Shown: positions 14,701 through 26,700 of the stretch, one piece after another | How positions within the stretch are numbered: position 1 is the stretch's first letter | Layout: the number at the start of each line of letters is the position of its first letter | DNA from: Laetmonice hystrix | Taxonomy: Eukaryota | Assembly (NCBI GenBank): GCA_965235115.1 | Contig: OZ249437.1 | Location: forward strand, 26,536,001-26,600,000 | Reading direction: 5' to 3' | Length of the DNA stretch: 64,000 bases | Translations under genes and position numbers: made by a program | The notes under the pieces: model-generated | Seen by the model: the letters and a program-made list of their open reading frames with translations, nothing else | Told to the model about the DNA's origin: nothing | Databases searched by the model: none

Positions 14701-17700
14701 ATGCCATGAATGGAGAGTGCATTATAACGCATAATGGTCTATACTAAGAGGAGGAGGAATTGGTACAATATCAGGCTTAATTTTTGACATCCCCTTGAAA
14801 AAGTCAAGATAAGTTACAAATGTTATTTTTATATACTACTGGTAAATGGATCCCAACTCCCGTGTATCCTGTACTTGCCTGTCTATGTCTAAGTTGGGTA
14901 TCATACATAGGACAGAGGACAGGTATATATCTTAATGTTCCCACGGTCTCCTTCAGGTACTCGTTATCAACATTGCTATGAATATTTCATTATTTGCCGG
15001 CAGTTCATGGAAGCATGTCAGGCAAATGCATAATAAGGTCATGCGATGAAAACGCTCGCCAATTTCAGTTTTTGCCTTACTGGCATTAGTTCCATGACAT
15101 CAGTCATAAGATATTTTTTCTTTGTTCATAACCAATCACGTACGACATAGATAGAACGGACCCTTACGAATTACTGATGTCACTCTAGTTTTCAAATCCA
15201 GTTTCCAACTTCGCAATCCACAGTGTAACAGAAAAATAGGTTTAGCTCTGAAGGTGTCAATAAACTTATTTTAGTGACATCTGGAGAATTAAGTTTGTAA
15301 ATTCTGTATATGGTTATATACAAATATAGGCAAATGCTTGTTCTGTAAAATGCCATGGGATTTAGAGGGTGTTTGGTGTGTGTCATTGTGAATAGTTTAT
15401 GATAGGTCATAAAATATGTGTTCCGTGACACATTTCGTACATTCAATAATGAGATTACAACGGTCAAATCATCAGTGCCTGCCAGTGTCATTGACTTACC
15501 TGTCACGCATATTGGGGCCATCCTATTGTATTTGTGTATACAATGATTAAAGTATATGGGACAAACAAGACTAACAAGGCAGTTAACTAAACTGGCAAGC
15601 ATTGCATGTTTATGAGGTGATTTAGTTGTTTTTGTGACAACAGACCTCGTCAGACATCACTATCTGCCTGTAAACAATATTTATATGTAGAGTTTATAGA
15701 ATATAATTAAATCTACTGCCATGAAATTAATAAAGTTGGTTTGATTTTCTCTTACCTTCACTGAACCAACTTTCTCCCAGAGGAGACTGAGAGGTTGTGC
15801 TTCAAAGAAGTACTCTTTGGGTGTCTCTGACAGAGGTGGCGTTGTCTTTTGTGGGGACGAGGTGCCATTGGCCTCAGGTGCCGACAGGGATCTCCCAATG
15901 GCGGAGGTGCTGGGAGAGGCAGCGTCTGTGCTTGAGGTGTTCTCCCCAGGAGATGTAGGACTTTCCTCATAGGAAGGCAAGGCCTCCCCCTCCTGGGGAG
16001 GAGGGAGGTGGTTGTTGGCTGAGAGGTTAGCAAAATGAGCGGTTGAAGACGGTCTCATCCTCCCGGAGTGTGGCTGGTTGATGCCCGCCATGACAGGCAG
16101 GGAGTGCCGCCGACTTTTGTCCTCGGTGGCCGTGGAGGTGGCTCTCATGGTGACTCCAGGAGCGCTGTGGACGCTGGCGTTACTGGAGATGGTGGACCCT
16201 GGGCTGCCGCCTGCAGCAGCTCCGTTTTGGGGGTCCGTCGTTGGCGTGTCTTGAGGCACCTGTACGTGAATGGGACGGGTTTCTGAGGTCGGGGTGAGGT
16301 CCATCCCTCCTACGGCACCCTCCTCGTCTAACATAGCGTCCAGGGCCAGGATGGCGTCCTCCTCCGACTGGTGCTGCGTCTCTAAATCCTCTATCTCAAT
16401 AATCTCCTCCTCTGTCTCTTCTTCCTCCTCGTCATCCTCTGACCGCATCCTGTCAATGAACTCAGACACTGTCACCTCCTCCTCCACCAGAACCCCCAGT
16501 TCGTACTCGCCGCCGTCAGGGTCAAACGAAAAGACAGTGAACGTGTGTGAGGCAAGGCCCTCGGGTTCTGTGTCCAGGATGGAATCAACCCGTGCGATCA
16601 GGTCGTCGTAGATGGTGATAATCTCCAGCGGGTTCAGGGTCACCATCAGGTGGCCCAGGAAACTGGCCAGGCTCTCGATGGAGGCCATGTGGAAGGCGAT
16701 GCTGTCTATCCGCTGGCTGACGGCCACATTTGTCAAACGATGCTTGGTTTTTAAATCATCCGTCAAATTCGACCTGGCCTCCTTCATGGTCTGGGTGACC
16801 ACGTCTGTTTGCTGGGTGATGGCGGTGTGCGCAGACTCCTTAATCACCTCGATGGCCCAGGTGATCCCCCGGTACTCGGAGCCAAAGGTGGGTGTGGCCA
16901 GCGCCTCTTTCAGTTGGTTCTGACATACGGAGGTTTTATCTATATGGTTTGTCACACGTTCATCTATTTTCTCCTCAAGGTTATCGTGTAGGCCCTTGAG
17001 GAGAATTTGAACCTCACACAGTTGTTCATGGTAGTGTTGTACATCCTTCAGTTTGAGGTCAATTTTCTCCGAGAGAGTCTTGAGTTTATCTACGTGCGCT
17101 TTGAGTCCGTACTCCATGTCTTGAACATTGTGTTCCTCTCCATTGTGAACATTTATGGCGCACACAGTGCAGATGAAAATATTGCATTCCATGCAGATGT
17201 ACTTGATAGGCTTGGAGCCATGCTGCTTGCAAAACAGCTTGCCGGACGAGGCCTGTGTTGAGAGGTCTACCACGTGGTGGTTTGTGAACAGTTTGTTGGA
17301 GCTGTGCAGATCACAGCAGGTCGGACAGAAACTCTCACTGCACTGGGCACAGAAGTGGGAGGCGACCTTCCGGTCCCCGCCCGCAGCACAAATGTCACAG
17401 GCCCGACTTTCGCTCTCCTCAGACCTCACCAGCACCTGCTGTAAGAGCTCACAAAGTTTGGTTACCTTGAAGTCACTGGGTAAAGACGAGATGCCCAGGT
17501 CGCCGGACAGCGGAGTGCGGATCCGGCAGGTCGGGCACGAAATGCCTTTCGCTGTACCTCCACCTTTTCCGTTCCAATTCGTCAGGCAATGTTCGCAGAA
17601 CGTGTGCTGGCACTGGAGAACTTTGGGGCTCTTGAAGGATTCAAAGCACACCATGCACCTGAGGAAATCCTCGAGGAGGTCGGCCGAGTTGGACATGGAT

Positions 17701-17825
17701 TCGGCCATGCTGTGTGTTGCTGCACCGCGGCCACCAAAGAGCTTCCTCGAACAGATGGCAGTGAGTACATCGAGGTCCAACTCGGGCGCTGCCGCCAGCC
17801 CCTCTGCCTGCGCCGCCTCGCACAT
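7786..17825 (-). CDS. TRIM-NHL E3 ubiquitin ligase (RING-Bbox1-Bbox2-coiled coil-linker-6xNHL; TRIM2/3/71-like class without filamin domain). Two coding exons, 17825-15756 and 8733-7786, about 1005 aa
   Basis: RING CMVC..CQHTFCEHC..CPTC, B-box1 CDIC..CAQC..CPTCCDLH..HH and B-box2 CKQH..CMEC..CTVC..H..H lie in ORF 15681..17825. Six NHL-like repeats (YPTDIA, QPSGVTV, QPRYVAV, CPMGVCT, YPTSVAV) lie in ORF 7786..8724. The phase-0 donor GTGAAG|gtaaga at 15756 matches the phase-0 acceptor tctcacag|GCT at 8733. The start codon is inferred. Confidence 0.92.
10121..10771. repeat. Minisatellite, 73 bp x9, in the TRIM-NHL intron
   Basis: Unit aaactattgtagaggttcg...gaggagtataaggaaaggctaccgt. Confidence 0.97.
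11940..12078. repeat. Tandem duplication, about 72 bp x2
   Basis: gcctatatataatacaaagtcggt.tgcctgtgaaagaa.aagttatagatac...gcgtatgac occurs twice. Confidence 0.85.
12088..12281. repeat. Minisatellite, 32 bp x about 6
   Basis: Unit ctaaatataacactcatttccatca(g/c)taaaat. Confidence 0.93.
14346..14427. repeat. Tandem repeat, 27 bp x3
   Basis: Unit gtatctccggcggccatgatatggtgg. Confidence 0.95.
15756..17825 (-). CDS. TRIM-NHL coding exon 1 (RING, B-boxes, coiled coil, acidic and Pro/Ser-rich linker)
   Basis: 2070-nt open frame with zinc-ligand patterns; ends LLWEKVGSVK at a gtaaga donor. Confidence 0.92.
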
Positions 17826-19111
17826 GGCCGTTATAGTCTCATCGACTAGCAGAGGTAGTGGTGGTGTTGGGTGGTGGTGGGGCTGGGCGGGCGGGTAGGC
17901 TGACTGTTACGGCCGGGCGGGGTTGGTTGGCTGGCTGGCTGGTTGGATGGGCACGGCTCAGCGTGTATAGCCGGGCTGGCCTAGTTCACCCCCAGTCAGC
18001 TGTTACGGGGCTTCAAGTCTGACGGTGGGGGCGGCAAGGTTAGCTCCGCCCGCAGTTACCTCAGCGGGTTCATAATTATCACAATCAGTACACAAGATGT
18101 TTCAATACTCACTACAGCTGACGCTAACTGTCAATGTTAGATCTGTGTCACCAGCAGGGAGACCCAGTTGTCAGCAGTGACACACACCAGTTCACACGGT
18201 ACTGACTCGGTAACTGTCTCCCAGGTGTTGACACAGTACTACAGGTGTTCACTGTAATCCACTCACTCGTTGAGATCTCCTCTGTAACCAATCCTGACGG
18301 CAGAGATCGCTCGGCCGTGCAACCAGGCAGGATCGAACGTGACGGTCGGATAGCTTGTGGTGAAGTGAGACCGGCTAGTAAACGAATGACAGGTCTATCA
18401 GCAAATTGGGTCCTGGTCCGGCTAGGATCTGATGGCCATAGTCGAGTCACTTGACACTGATAAGTCACGTGTCCTGGTTAGTGCACCGCCGAGCCATCAC
18501 AAAGTCTGTTTATGATTATGATAGTTGTCCTGGTGATAACAGCGGGTCCACTCAAATAACGATATCCTGTGAATGAACCCAGTACACCTGTGTACACCCA
18601 CGCGCGTCCCTCCGTCCACGTGTAACAAGTCGGTGTGGTCGACCGGCCGTGTGGTGGTCGCCGATAGAGCGTGAACGTGTCCACCACCCACCCGCTCGCC
18701 GACCCGTCAACCAATGAGACTGGGTCAATAACTGCAATTAGTCACAAACCACTATCTCCTGCCCGCAGCCCAGGCAACAGGCAACACACAATGACAGCGC
18801 TAAAAACAGTTACGCTGACAATAAAAGTATCGCTGACTGCAGCCGCAGCATCGTTCTTAATGACAACTTGACTCGACGTGTAAATTTAGATGCTCGTAAT
18901 TATAATATAACCGCGGAGGATATTGTCAGTTGGTGTTGTTTGAGGATGTCAGCAACAGTCTGCGAGAAACTGGTCGGTTCGCATTCCCGTGGTCTGTCCG
19001 TCCATTCAGGCAACAGACACAAGTTGGTTTACCTGAAGGACCGACCTCTCACTGAGCCCCCTCAACCCCACAGAGCTGGCCCCTACACAGAGACCCCGGC
19101 ATAGCGTTCCG

Positions 19112-19125
19112 GTTGTCATGGCGAC
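19112..19125. promoter_or_regulatory. RFX X-box-like palindrome in a CpG-rich region upstream of the TRIM-NHL gene
   Basis: GTTGTCATGGCGAC versus consensus GTTNCCATGGNAAC; a candidate minus-strand donor (CTTCAG|gtaaac) lies near 19030. Confidence 0.45.
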
Positions 19126-20271
19126 ATTCTTTGTCCGAGCGCTGCCAAGGTTCCTTGTCCTAACGTGTCCCGTACAGCACCCAAACAGGGACGCAGCACG
19201 CTCGGGATCCACAAACACAATAACAGCGCCGCCTGTTTTCTCAGGGTTAAAAGAAATGAAAATAATTAGGTATCCTTTCTCATGATTCTTCTCTCCCGTT
19301 TTGTTCAGTGTCGAGCACTGAGTGACAGCTGTGTCCGATGTAAGAGATTATTTACAGTGAACATCCGTGGAGAAGTCTGTATGCTTCCGCAAAGGCTGTT
19401 CATGTCAGTTGTATTCTTGTATATGGCCCTTGTGCCAGGTAAAGGGGAACTGGAGTCGGGGTAGCCCAGATACAGTGAAAGGAAAACGTTAGAGGTCAGG
19501 GGGTTACAGGTACTGACCCGTGAACAAAGAGATTCCTAGCCTTAGTGGGACAGTGGTTAGAGATTGTGTGTACTTGTATACTTGATCATTGAGTGTGAGG
19601 ACATTGGTTAGAGATTGTGTGTACTTGTATGATCATTGGTTAGAAATTTAGGTTGTATGTATTTTATGGTGTGCTGAATGGTAAGAGTGTGTACATTGAG
19701 AGAATGTGTATATTGACGGGTGTTTTAAAGTGGTGGATGAGTCACATGGGACCCAGTTATTCCAGCCCCCCCCCCCACATGGCCAGGGTTATATAGGAGA
19801 CTCTTCTCTGAACTTCTCCTGTGAGCCCTTTGTTTACTGCCCCCTCCCCCAGCCAAGTCTAAGCTCTACTTATGATCTGATTGATTGCAGATGTTAAATT
19901 TGATCCTGTGTCATTTCCTTTTGACGGTTGAATAGAGTATTGTTTAGATGTTTAAATATTCTAACAGCTACAAATTAATAGGGAATGTGTGTAGTGATAA
20001 TAAGAGTGGGTTGGGACGCCGGGCGGTACCAGCAGGAAGTCTAATTACAATGTGCCCCCTACCATGACCCCCCACCCCCTCCCCCGACAGAACCCCCACC
20101 CTCCACCCGCTATCTCTTCGGAAAGATGGGGGCTGCCACGCCTGGAACCCCCCCCCCCTGCCCACAACCGCAAGGGTTGTTATCCACACCCTTGTGTGAA
20201 AGGCCTGGGAGGAAGCTGGTAAATGGCAGTGAACACCAGGGTTGATATGAAACTGGTAGGGTGGTATTTAG

Positions 20272-21033
20272 AGTAACTTGTAACCTCATCCTAGAGTTTA
20301 GAGATGACCTTTTCATGGAGACTAGGCTAAGATATACCATAGAGTATTGAACTCAATATAGACTCTATGGATATACTGACTGTAACATTGCCTGACTCAG
20401 TGTAACTTATAACCTCATCCTACAGTGTAGAGATGACCTTTTCATGGAGACTAAGCTAAGGTATGTTGACTGTAACATTGCCTGACTCAGTGTAACTTGT
20501 AACCTCATCCTACAGTGTGGAGATGACCTTTTCATGGAGACTAAGCTAAGATATGCTGACTGTAACATGGCCTGACTCAGCTTAACTTGTAACCTCATCC
20601 TACAGTGTAGAGGTGACCCTTTCATGGAGACTAAGCTAAGATATGTTGACTGGAACATTGCCTGACTCAGTGTAACTTGTAACCTCATCCTACAGTGTAG
20701 AGATGACCTTTTCATGGAGACTAAGCTAAGATATACTGACGGTAACTTGGCCTGACTCAGCTTAACTTGTAACCTCATCCTACAGTGTAGAGGTGACCTT
20801 TTCATGGAGACTAAGCTAAGATATACTGACTGTAACATGGCCTGACTCAGTGTAACTTGTAACCTCATCCTACAGTGTAGAGATGACCTTTTCATGGAGA
20901 CTAAGCTAAGATATGTTGACTGTAACATTGCCTGACTCAGTGTAACTTGTAACCTCATCCTACAGTGTAGAGATGACCTTAATTTTCATGGAGACTAAGC
21001 TACGATATGCTGACTGTAACATTGCCTGACTCA
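20272..21033. repeat. Minisatellite, 90 bp x8 (first copy carries a 39-bp insertion)
   Basis: Unit tgtaacttgtaacctcatcctacagtgtagagatgaccttttcatggagactaagctaagatat.ctgactgtaacattgcctgactcag. Confidence 0.97.
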
Positions 21034-23592
21034 TGTCCTTGTCAGAAACAGGGGATGGCGGGGTCAAGGGTTTCACATTTCACCCCTTTCTGAGATGAGC
21101 AAAAAATATATGATTTGCGCTAGCCGTGTAAAAGCACAGGAAATGTTCACCACAGCCTAGCCATAACAAAGTGGCTAAATAAATCGCTAAATAACTTGAC
21201 GTTTGACAAAAAAACAGGATATTAGTACGGAAATGTTTTGGTGAAATGATGAGACGTTAACGAGAGATGGCAGGGAGACCAGGCGTTATGTCCAGATAAT
21301 CAGAGCTATTATCATATAATAATCACACATTGACGTGCGGGTTGAAGGTTAAACCTTTGAGGTTTCTCTAGTCAAGGTATATTCTTCATGTTTTCAGAAC
21401 TGGGAGATGATGATGGGTTGTTATATTAAGCAAGGACAGATGGGAATTCATATTTCATTGATAACGAAAAACACTTCTGAAAGGGTTCAGTTCCGCTAAT
21501 CTTAGGTTCTAAGCCATGAGTCACCTGAGTGCCTTTGGTCATCTCGTTAATCTGGAAGCGGAGTATAGATTTCTGATCGAGTTCCGTACGTCATAAACGC
21601 TAACTAGGTCCATTGAGACAATCCTGGCTGTAAAAGATGTAATCCTGCTGATTAACACGATTTGTAGGGTTTGGATGAGTCGTACTACTGAGGGATTATC
21701 CCCCGGGGTAGGTAGGCTCTTAGCCAGATTACAAGTTCTCTCTAATCTCTGCCCGGAACCACGAGTGACCAGGATTTACGGGATGACATTGAGAAGGTCA
21801 GACTGAGCCATGATGGCGTGTTTAGACCACTCCATCTCATATTAGTGTGCAGACTCGCCCCCAGGGGATACGTCCAACTGGTATCGGTAGGAGATTGAGC
21901 AGGAGAAAAAAATCAGCAGGCTTGCCCTGTTTAAAAAAATAAATTCTTTATAAAGTATGCCGCTGCGGTTTGTGAAACGTATTTGTTGAGCGTACCTTTA
22001 TACTTAGTCATATACCTGTACATGGGGCTTACTTTACCTATGTATGCATTTCCCATGTATTCGTGGAAAATAGGTTTCTAAGAACCGATAACCCCCAACC
22101 GATAACACCAGTGACCACCCACCCACCCAACAAATTCTTCCCAGTATTAGAAAGTGGCCTTTGTGCTCCGAGGCCCACCCTGATGAGATGTGGGAAAGGG
22201 TTCCCACAGGTAAGTATTTACATATACCGAGAACGTCCCCCTGAGGGATATTACCCTCAGACCTTGGGACAGGTGTATCCTGTCTCATTTGACGGTTTGT
22301 GTCTGTTATGAAATACGTCAGCTAAGTGATTCGGAGAGAGGGCGGCGGCAAGGGCAGAGATCGATGGGTTGTGAGGTGAATGACCGTGATTGTGACGTCA
22401 TACCGCCAGGTGGCAGTCCGCTCCACCCAGCTGACGTCTGAGGTCGCGGGATGAGGAACAGGCTACAAGGTGGTTCTGGGATGATCTCTTCTACCTCTTC
22501 TTGAGCTACCATGATCCTTGGCAGTCACAGGCCTGAGGTCAGGCAGTTCTGAGCTGCTAGTACTTATGTGCCCCATGCAGTCCCTAATTTTTGGTTTTTC
22601 AATCGCTCTTTTCAGTCCTGCTCGGTGTTCTATAAGTACGGTACACGTAATCAAACGTAACGAACCTTGGGGGTTCCTTTTACCGAGAACCTGCCACACT
22701 TGTCTACTCTCAAGGTATTGAGGTGCCCTTTTTCTTATCGTAGTCTTATAGGACACGTGCCGTTTAAATAAGCCTTTTGAAAACGGAGGCGATTTTCGCC
22801 GGAATATTTCACATTCCCCTCAAATCGGTCGGATCACCAGAACATCGGTTGATCGAGTGACATAACTCACCTGTGACGTAGACGACGCACACCTGGGTGT
22901 CATCTCCGCGTGACCTCGTCATCGCCAACAGCTGTTTTACTGACGCTTATCTGGGCCCGGATGTTAAGAGATGATTATTACATATCTGGTTACCCTGGCG
23001 GCCAATTAGGCCAATCTGGACTTTGGTGACAGCAGGACGTCTTCGGTTCAGAATGCAAACGACCACATGCACGACTGGACGTGTTTTCAGAGAACACATG
23101 TTGCTAGTGTTGGGTTTCATTGGATGTAAGATTGTTTTGGGTTCGGTGAACTGCCAATTGAACACATCCCTGTACATGCAGCCATGGCACAGCTTCTTTT
23201 CTCTGAATAAGTTATTTCGTTTCCCTTGGCAGTGATTGCAGGGGAACTACTCTTCTGAGCGCCACTCCCCCTTCACGTAATAAATGACCCTTGAAGAATA
23301 CACCGCATCAAGTGGCATCAACCATCAATAGAGTGGAACAGCCCACTGGGTCCCGATAATGTATACTATATTTGAATGTTGAAATATTTTTTTGAAGGGC
23401 AGGTAATCAATCCTGTGATCCTGTGACTCCTAAACTTCGTAAACATGTACATTATAAGATCGATGTTTTTTGTTTGTTTGTTTTTTTTTTGTTTCTTTTT
23501 TTTTGGGGGGGGGGGGGGATCTGCAGTTTGGGGTGTTTGCTGTGTTGCGATCACAATATATTTTATCTGTATTTCTTCTGTGTATTTTTCAG

Positions 23593-23706
23593 AACGTTTC
23601 ACGTTGAGTTGGAGAACCCCCATGTGATAGAGAAACACCAGGTGTGGATTGGTACGGTGGGTAAGGGCCCTGACGGCACCGTCCTCAACTCGTCGTACGA
23701 AAACAG
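23593..23706 (+). CDS. RTEL1: RTEL1 exon ([38 protein letters not shown])
   Basis: tttttcag acceptor, AG|gtcggt donor, phase 2 to 2. Confidence 0.92.
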
Positions 23707-26700
23707 GTCGGTTGATCCCCACTCAATACTTATCTACAGTAATAACTCGGCTTTAGGGGCTGGGAAATTACCGAGCAGTCATTACTCGTACCAGTTATGG
23801 CTTTGCTATCCGGGAAGTGTAAGTTCTGCTGTAAAGTCTACTTACGGTAATACCTGTAAACCTACTTGCTTGCCGCAAGTTGGTGGGTTTCTCCGGATAC
23901 TCTGGTTTCCCCACTAACAAACCAGCCACCTCACCTGAACCATGATTAAGGCGTAAAGCCCGTTCGCAAACACACTAAAGATTCTGACGTTAGAGATGTA
24001 ACGAGGCGGCCTATTGTGTGGTTTTTATAACTCTAGGTGTAGAATATGTTCTGACATAGGATGTACGGCTCAAAAACAAGAGATGATTCAAGACAGCTAT
24101 CTCAGGCCAACGATTAATCGAAACAGGGCGAGGTCCTGCTAGCTCGTGATTAAAGGAAGTCTCCACAGGGAACAATGTATAAACATATAACAATGTATAA
24201 TTTTTTTTCTGTAAGAAAAATATCTCTTAGCAGAGAGGTTGAAAATTAGGTTATCTCGACAAAACATGCTAAAATGTGACTGTGAGCTAATATAAACAAT
24301 TAAACGGTATCCTGGTTTCAAGAAATGAACACGCACGCCAGAGTGACATTCAATGGAAGGGGTGGACGGGGTGGGTGTGAAGTGTTCGCCACCAGGAACT
24401 GAACTGTATGTGTGGGTCCTCAGGAATGAGGCTGTGGTTGTACACTGGTCTCCACCGGTGGGTGTCCGCGACGGATAGAGTCAGCAAACGGAGTCACTAC
24501 ATTATAAATAGATTCACTGGGCACAGCATGAGGCAGAGTGGGCAAGGTTACACGATGAGTTCTCGTATAGAAGAATTAATAATTGATGGTAGATGGTAGA
24601 TGGTAGATGGTGGGGGAGGGGGGAGGCTGCCATGACGTGACGATCCGCCATTAGCATGTATGCAATAATGACGTATCAAGACGTTTCACTTTGGATTCAG
24701 GAACTTTTGTTGAAACAGCTTGGAATGTCAACGCTATCATCCGGAGCATAGCAACTGCTCACTATTGCTAATGTAGAAGTGGTTGGCGAAAGCTTGCCGG
24801 TCACATGGCAGGAACTCTCATGATTTTACAGAGTGCCTGGGTTCCCACATGTTAATGTTTTGTTCCTCCGGATACACAGCATCCTCATACAGGGGTGGAG
24901 TCTCGTGCCCCACTTGGCTGCTCCAGGGTCCCGCCAGGTGGCACTGTGTAACCCTGGCGTGATCTTACTTCTCGTGTCCCCGCCCAAATACTCCAGAAAA
25001 ACCGCATGGCACGGCTGTATAATAGCAGAGACGTAAGTCTATGATAATAGTAACGTGGGACACTGTGGGTCCATCATGTATCAGGTTGCGGTCACATGGG
25101 TCCAAGGTTGTCCTGTCACCCTACACCCACTGATGGCTGTTTAGGTCCTGATTCTGTCACATAGACACTCTGGGTGCATCATGTTCACATGCATTCAGGT
25201 GGCTGTCAACATGGGTCCAGCATGGGTCCAGGGTGGTCCTCTCACCCTACACCCACTGATGGCTGTTTAGGTCCTGATTCTGTCACATAGGACACTCTGG
25301 GTGCATCATGTATTCAGGTGGCTGTCAACATGGGTCCAGCATGGGTCCCGGGTGGTCCTCTCACCCTACACACAGTGATGGCCGTTTACAGGTTCTGATT
25401 CTGTCACATAGTACACTCTGGGTGCATCATGTATTCAGGTGGCTGTCAACATGGGTCCAGCATGGGTCCCGGGTGGTCCTCTCACCCTACACACAGTGAT
25501 GGCCGTTTACAGGTTCTGATTCTGTTACATAGGACACTCTGGGTTCATCATGTATTCAGGTGGCTTTCAACATGGGTCCAGCATGGGTCCAGGGTGGTCC
25601 TCTCACCCTACACACAGTGATGGCCGTTTACAGGTTCTGATTCTGTTACATAGGACACTCTGGGTTCATCATGTATTCAGGTGGCTTTCAACATGGGTCC
25701 AGCATGGGTCCAGGGTGGTCCTCTCACCCTACACACAGTGATGGCCGTTTACAGGTTCTGATTCTGTTACCGGTACATAGGACACTCTGGGTTCATCATG
25801 TATTCAGGTGGCTGTCAACATGGGTCCAGCATGGGTCCAGGGTGGTCCTCTCACCCTACACCCACTGATGGCTGTTTAGGTCCTGATTCTGTCACATAGT
25901 ACACTCTGGGTGCATCATGTATTCAGGTGGCTGTCAACATGGGTCCAGCATGGGTCCAGGGTTGTCTTGTCACCCTACACCCACTGATAACTGTTTAGGT
26001 CCAGATTGTCACATAGGACACCCTGGGTTCATCATGTACCGGTATCAGGTAGGTATCAAGACGGGCCGACGGTTGCCCCGTCACCCTACCTGCATGGTAA
26101 ATTCACGTTATTTAAATTCTCTGATTTGATAATGAAGGGTTATGTTTCTGTTTTCAAGGCCCAGGTTTAGGCATTCAAGGTCTGCTGTGAGGATTTGTAT
26201 TTATTATTCAAAAAATATATAAAGTTGTCAATAAAAAACACATAACATTTACATTTTGTAACTGGGTAGAGTGCACTTTAGGGGTCCCCAAGTCCCGCCA
26301 AATCGAAAATCACGTCATGCATTCCAAAGGAATTTTTCTTAGCAACGGCCCCGCCCCTTTTACTGTCCAACGATCGTCGCTTCGACTTTTTCGACTGGAA
26401 TTTATGCCAGTTAAACTGACAGATACACTTCCAAATTCAACCCAGGTTATTCTTACACGCTATCACACTAACCTACTCTTCCAGACTGGTCAGAAACATC
26501 CTAATAACAGGTGCTCAGCATTCAATTCTACTGCCAAGAAACCCGATGTGGTTTAAATCCAACATGGCGGTTTAAAATGTCAGAATATTCCTACGCCATT
26601 CATGACTTGGGACTATTTCTTCATAGTAAAGTAATTTGCAGCTCTCAAACAAATTAAAATGTGCTCATTTTCTGTAGAAAAGACATGTATATAACTATTA

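Noticed and set aside
15681-15755. C-terminal tail VRENQTNF...KLYI of the 714-aa ORF
   Set aside because: It lies after a gtaaga donor and is AT-rich; it is intron read-through, with the NHL domain supplied by the 8733-7786 exon.
7786-17825. Assigning TRIM71/lin-41, TRIM2/3, TRIM32 or brat as gene symbol
   Set aside because: The domain class matches, but there is no filamin domain and no diagnostic sequence that I recognise; orthology needs a phylogeny.
16068-17898. Plus-strand ORFs up to 247 aa overlapping the TRIM exon
   Set aside because: Antisense shadows of a GC-rich coding exon, with no recognisable domains.
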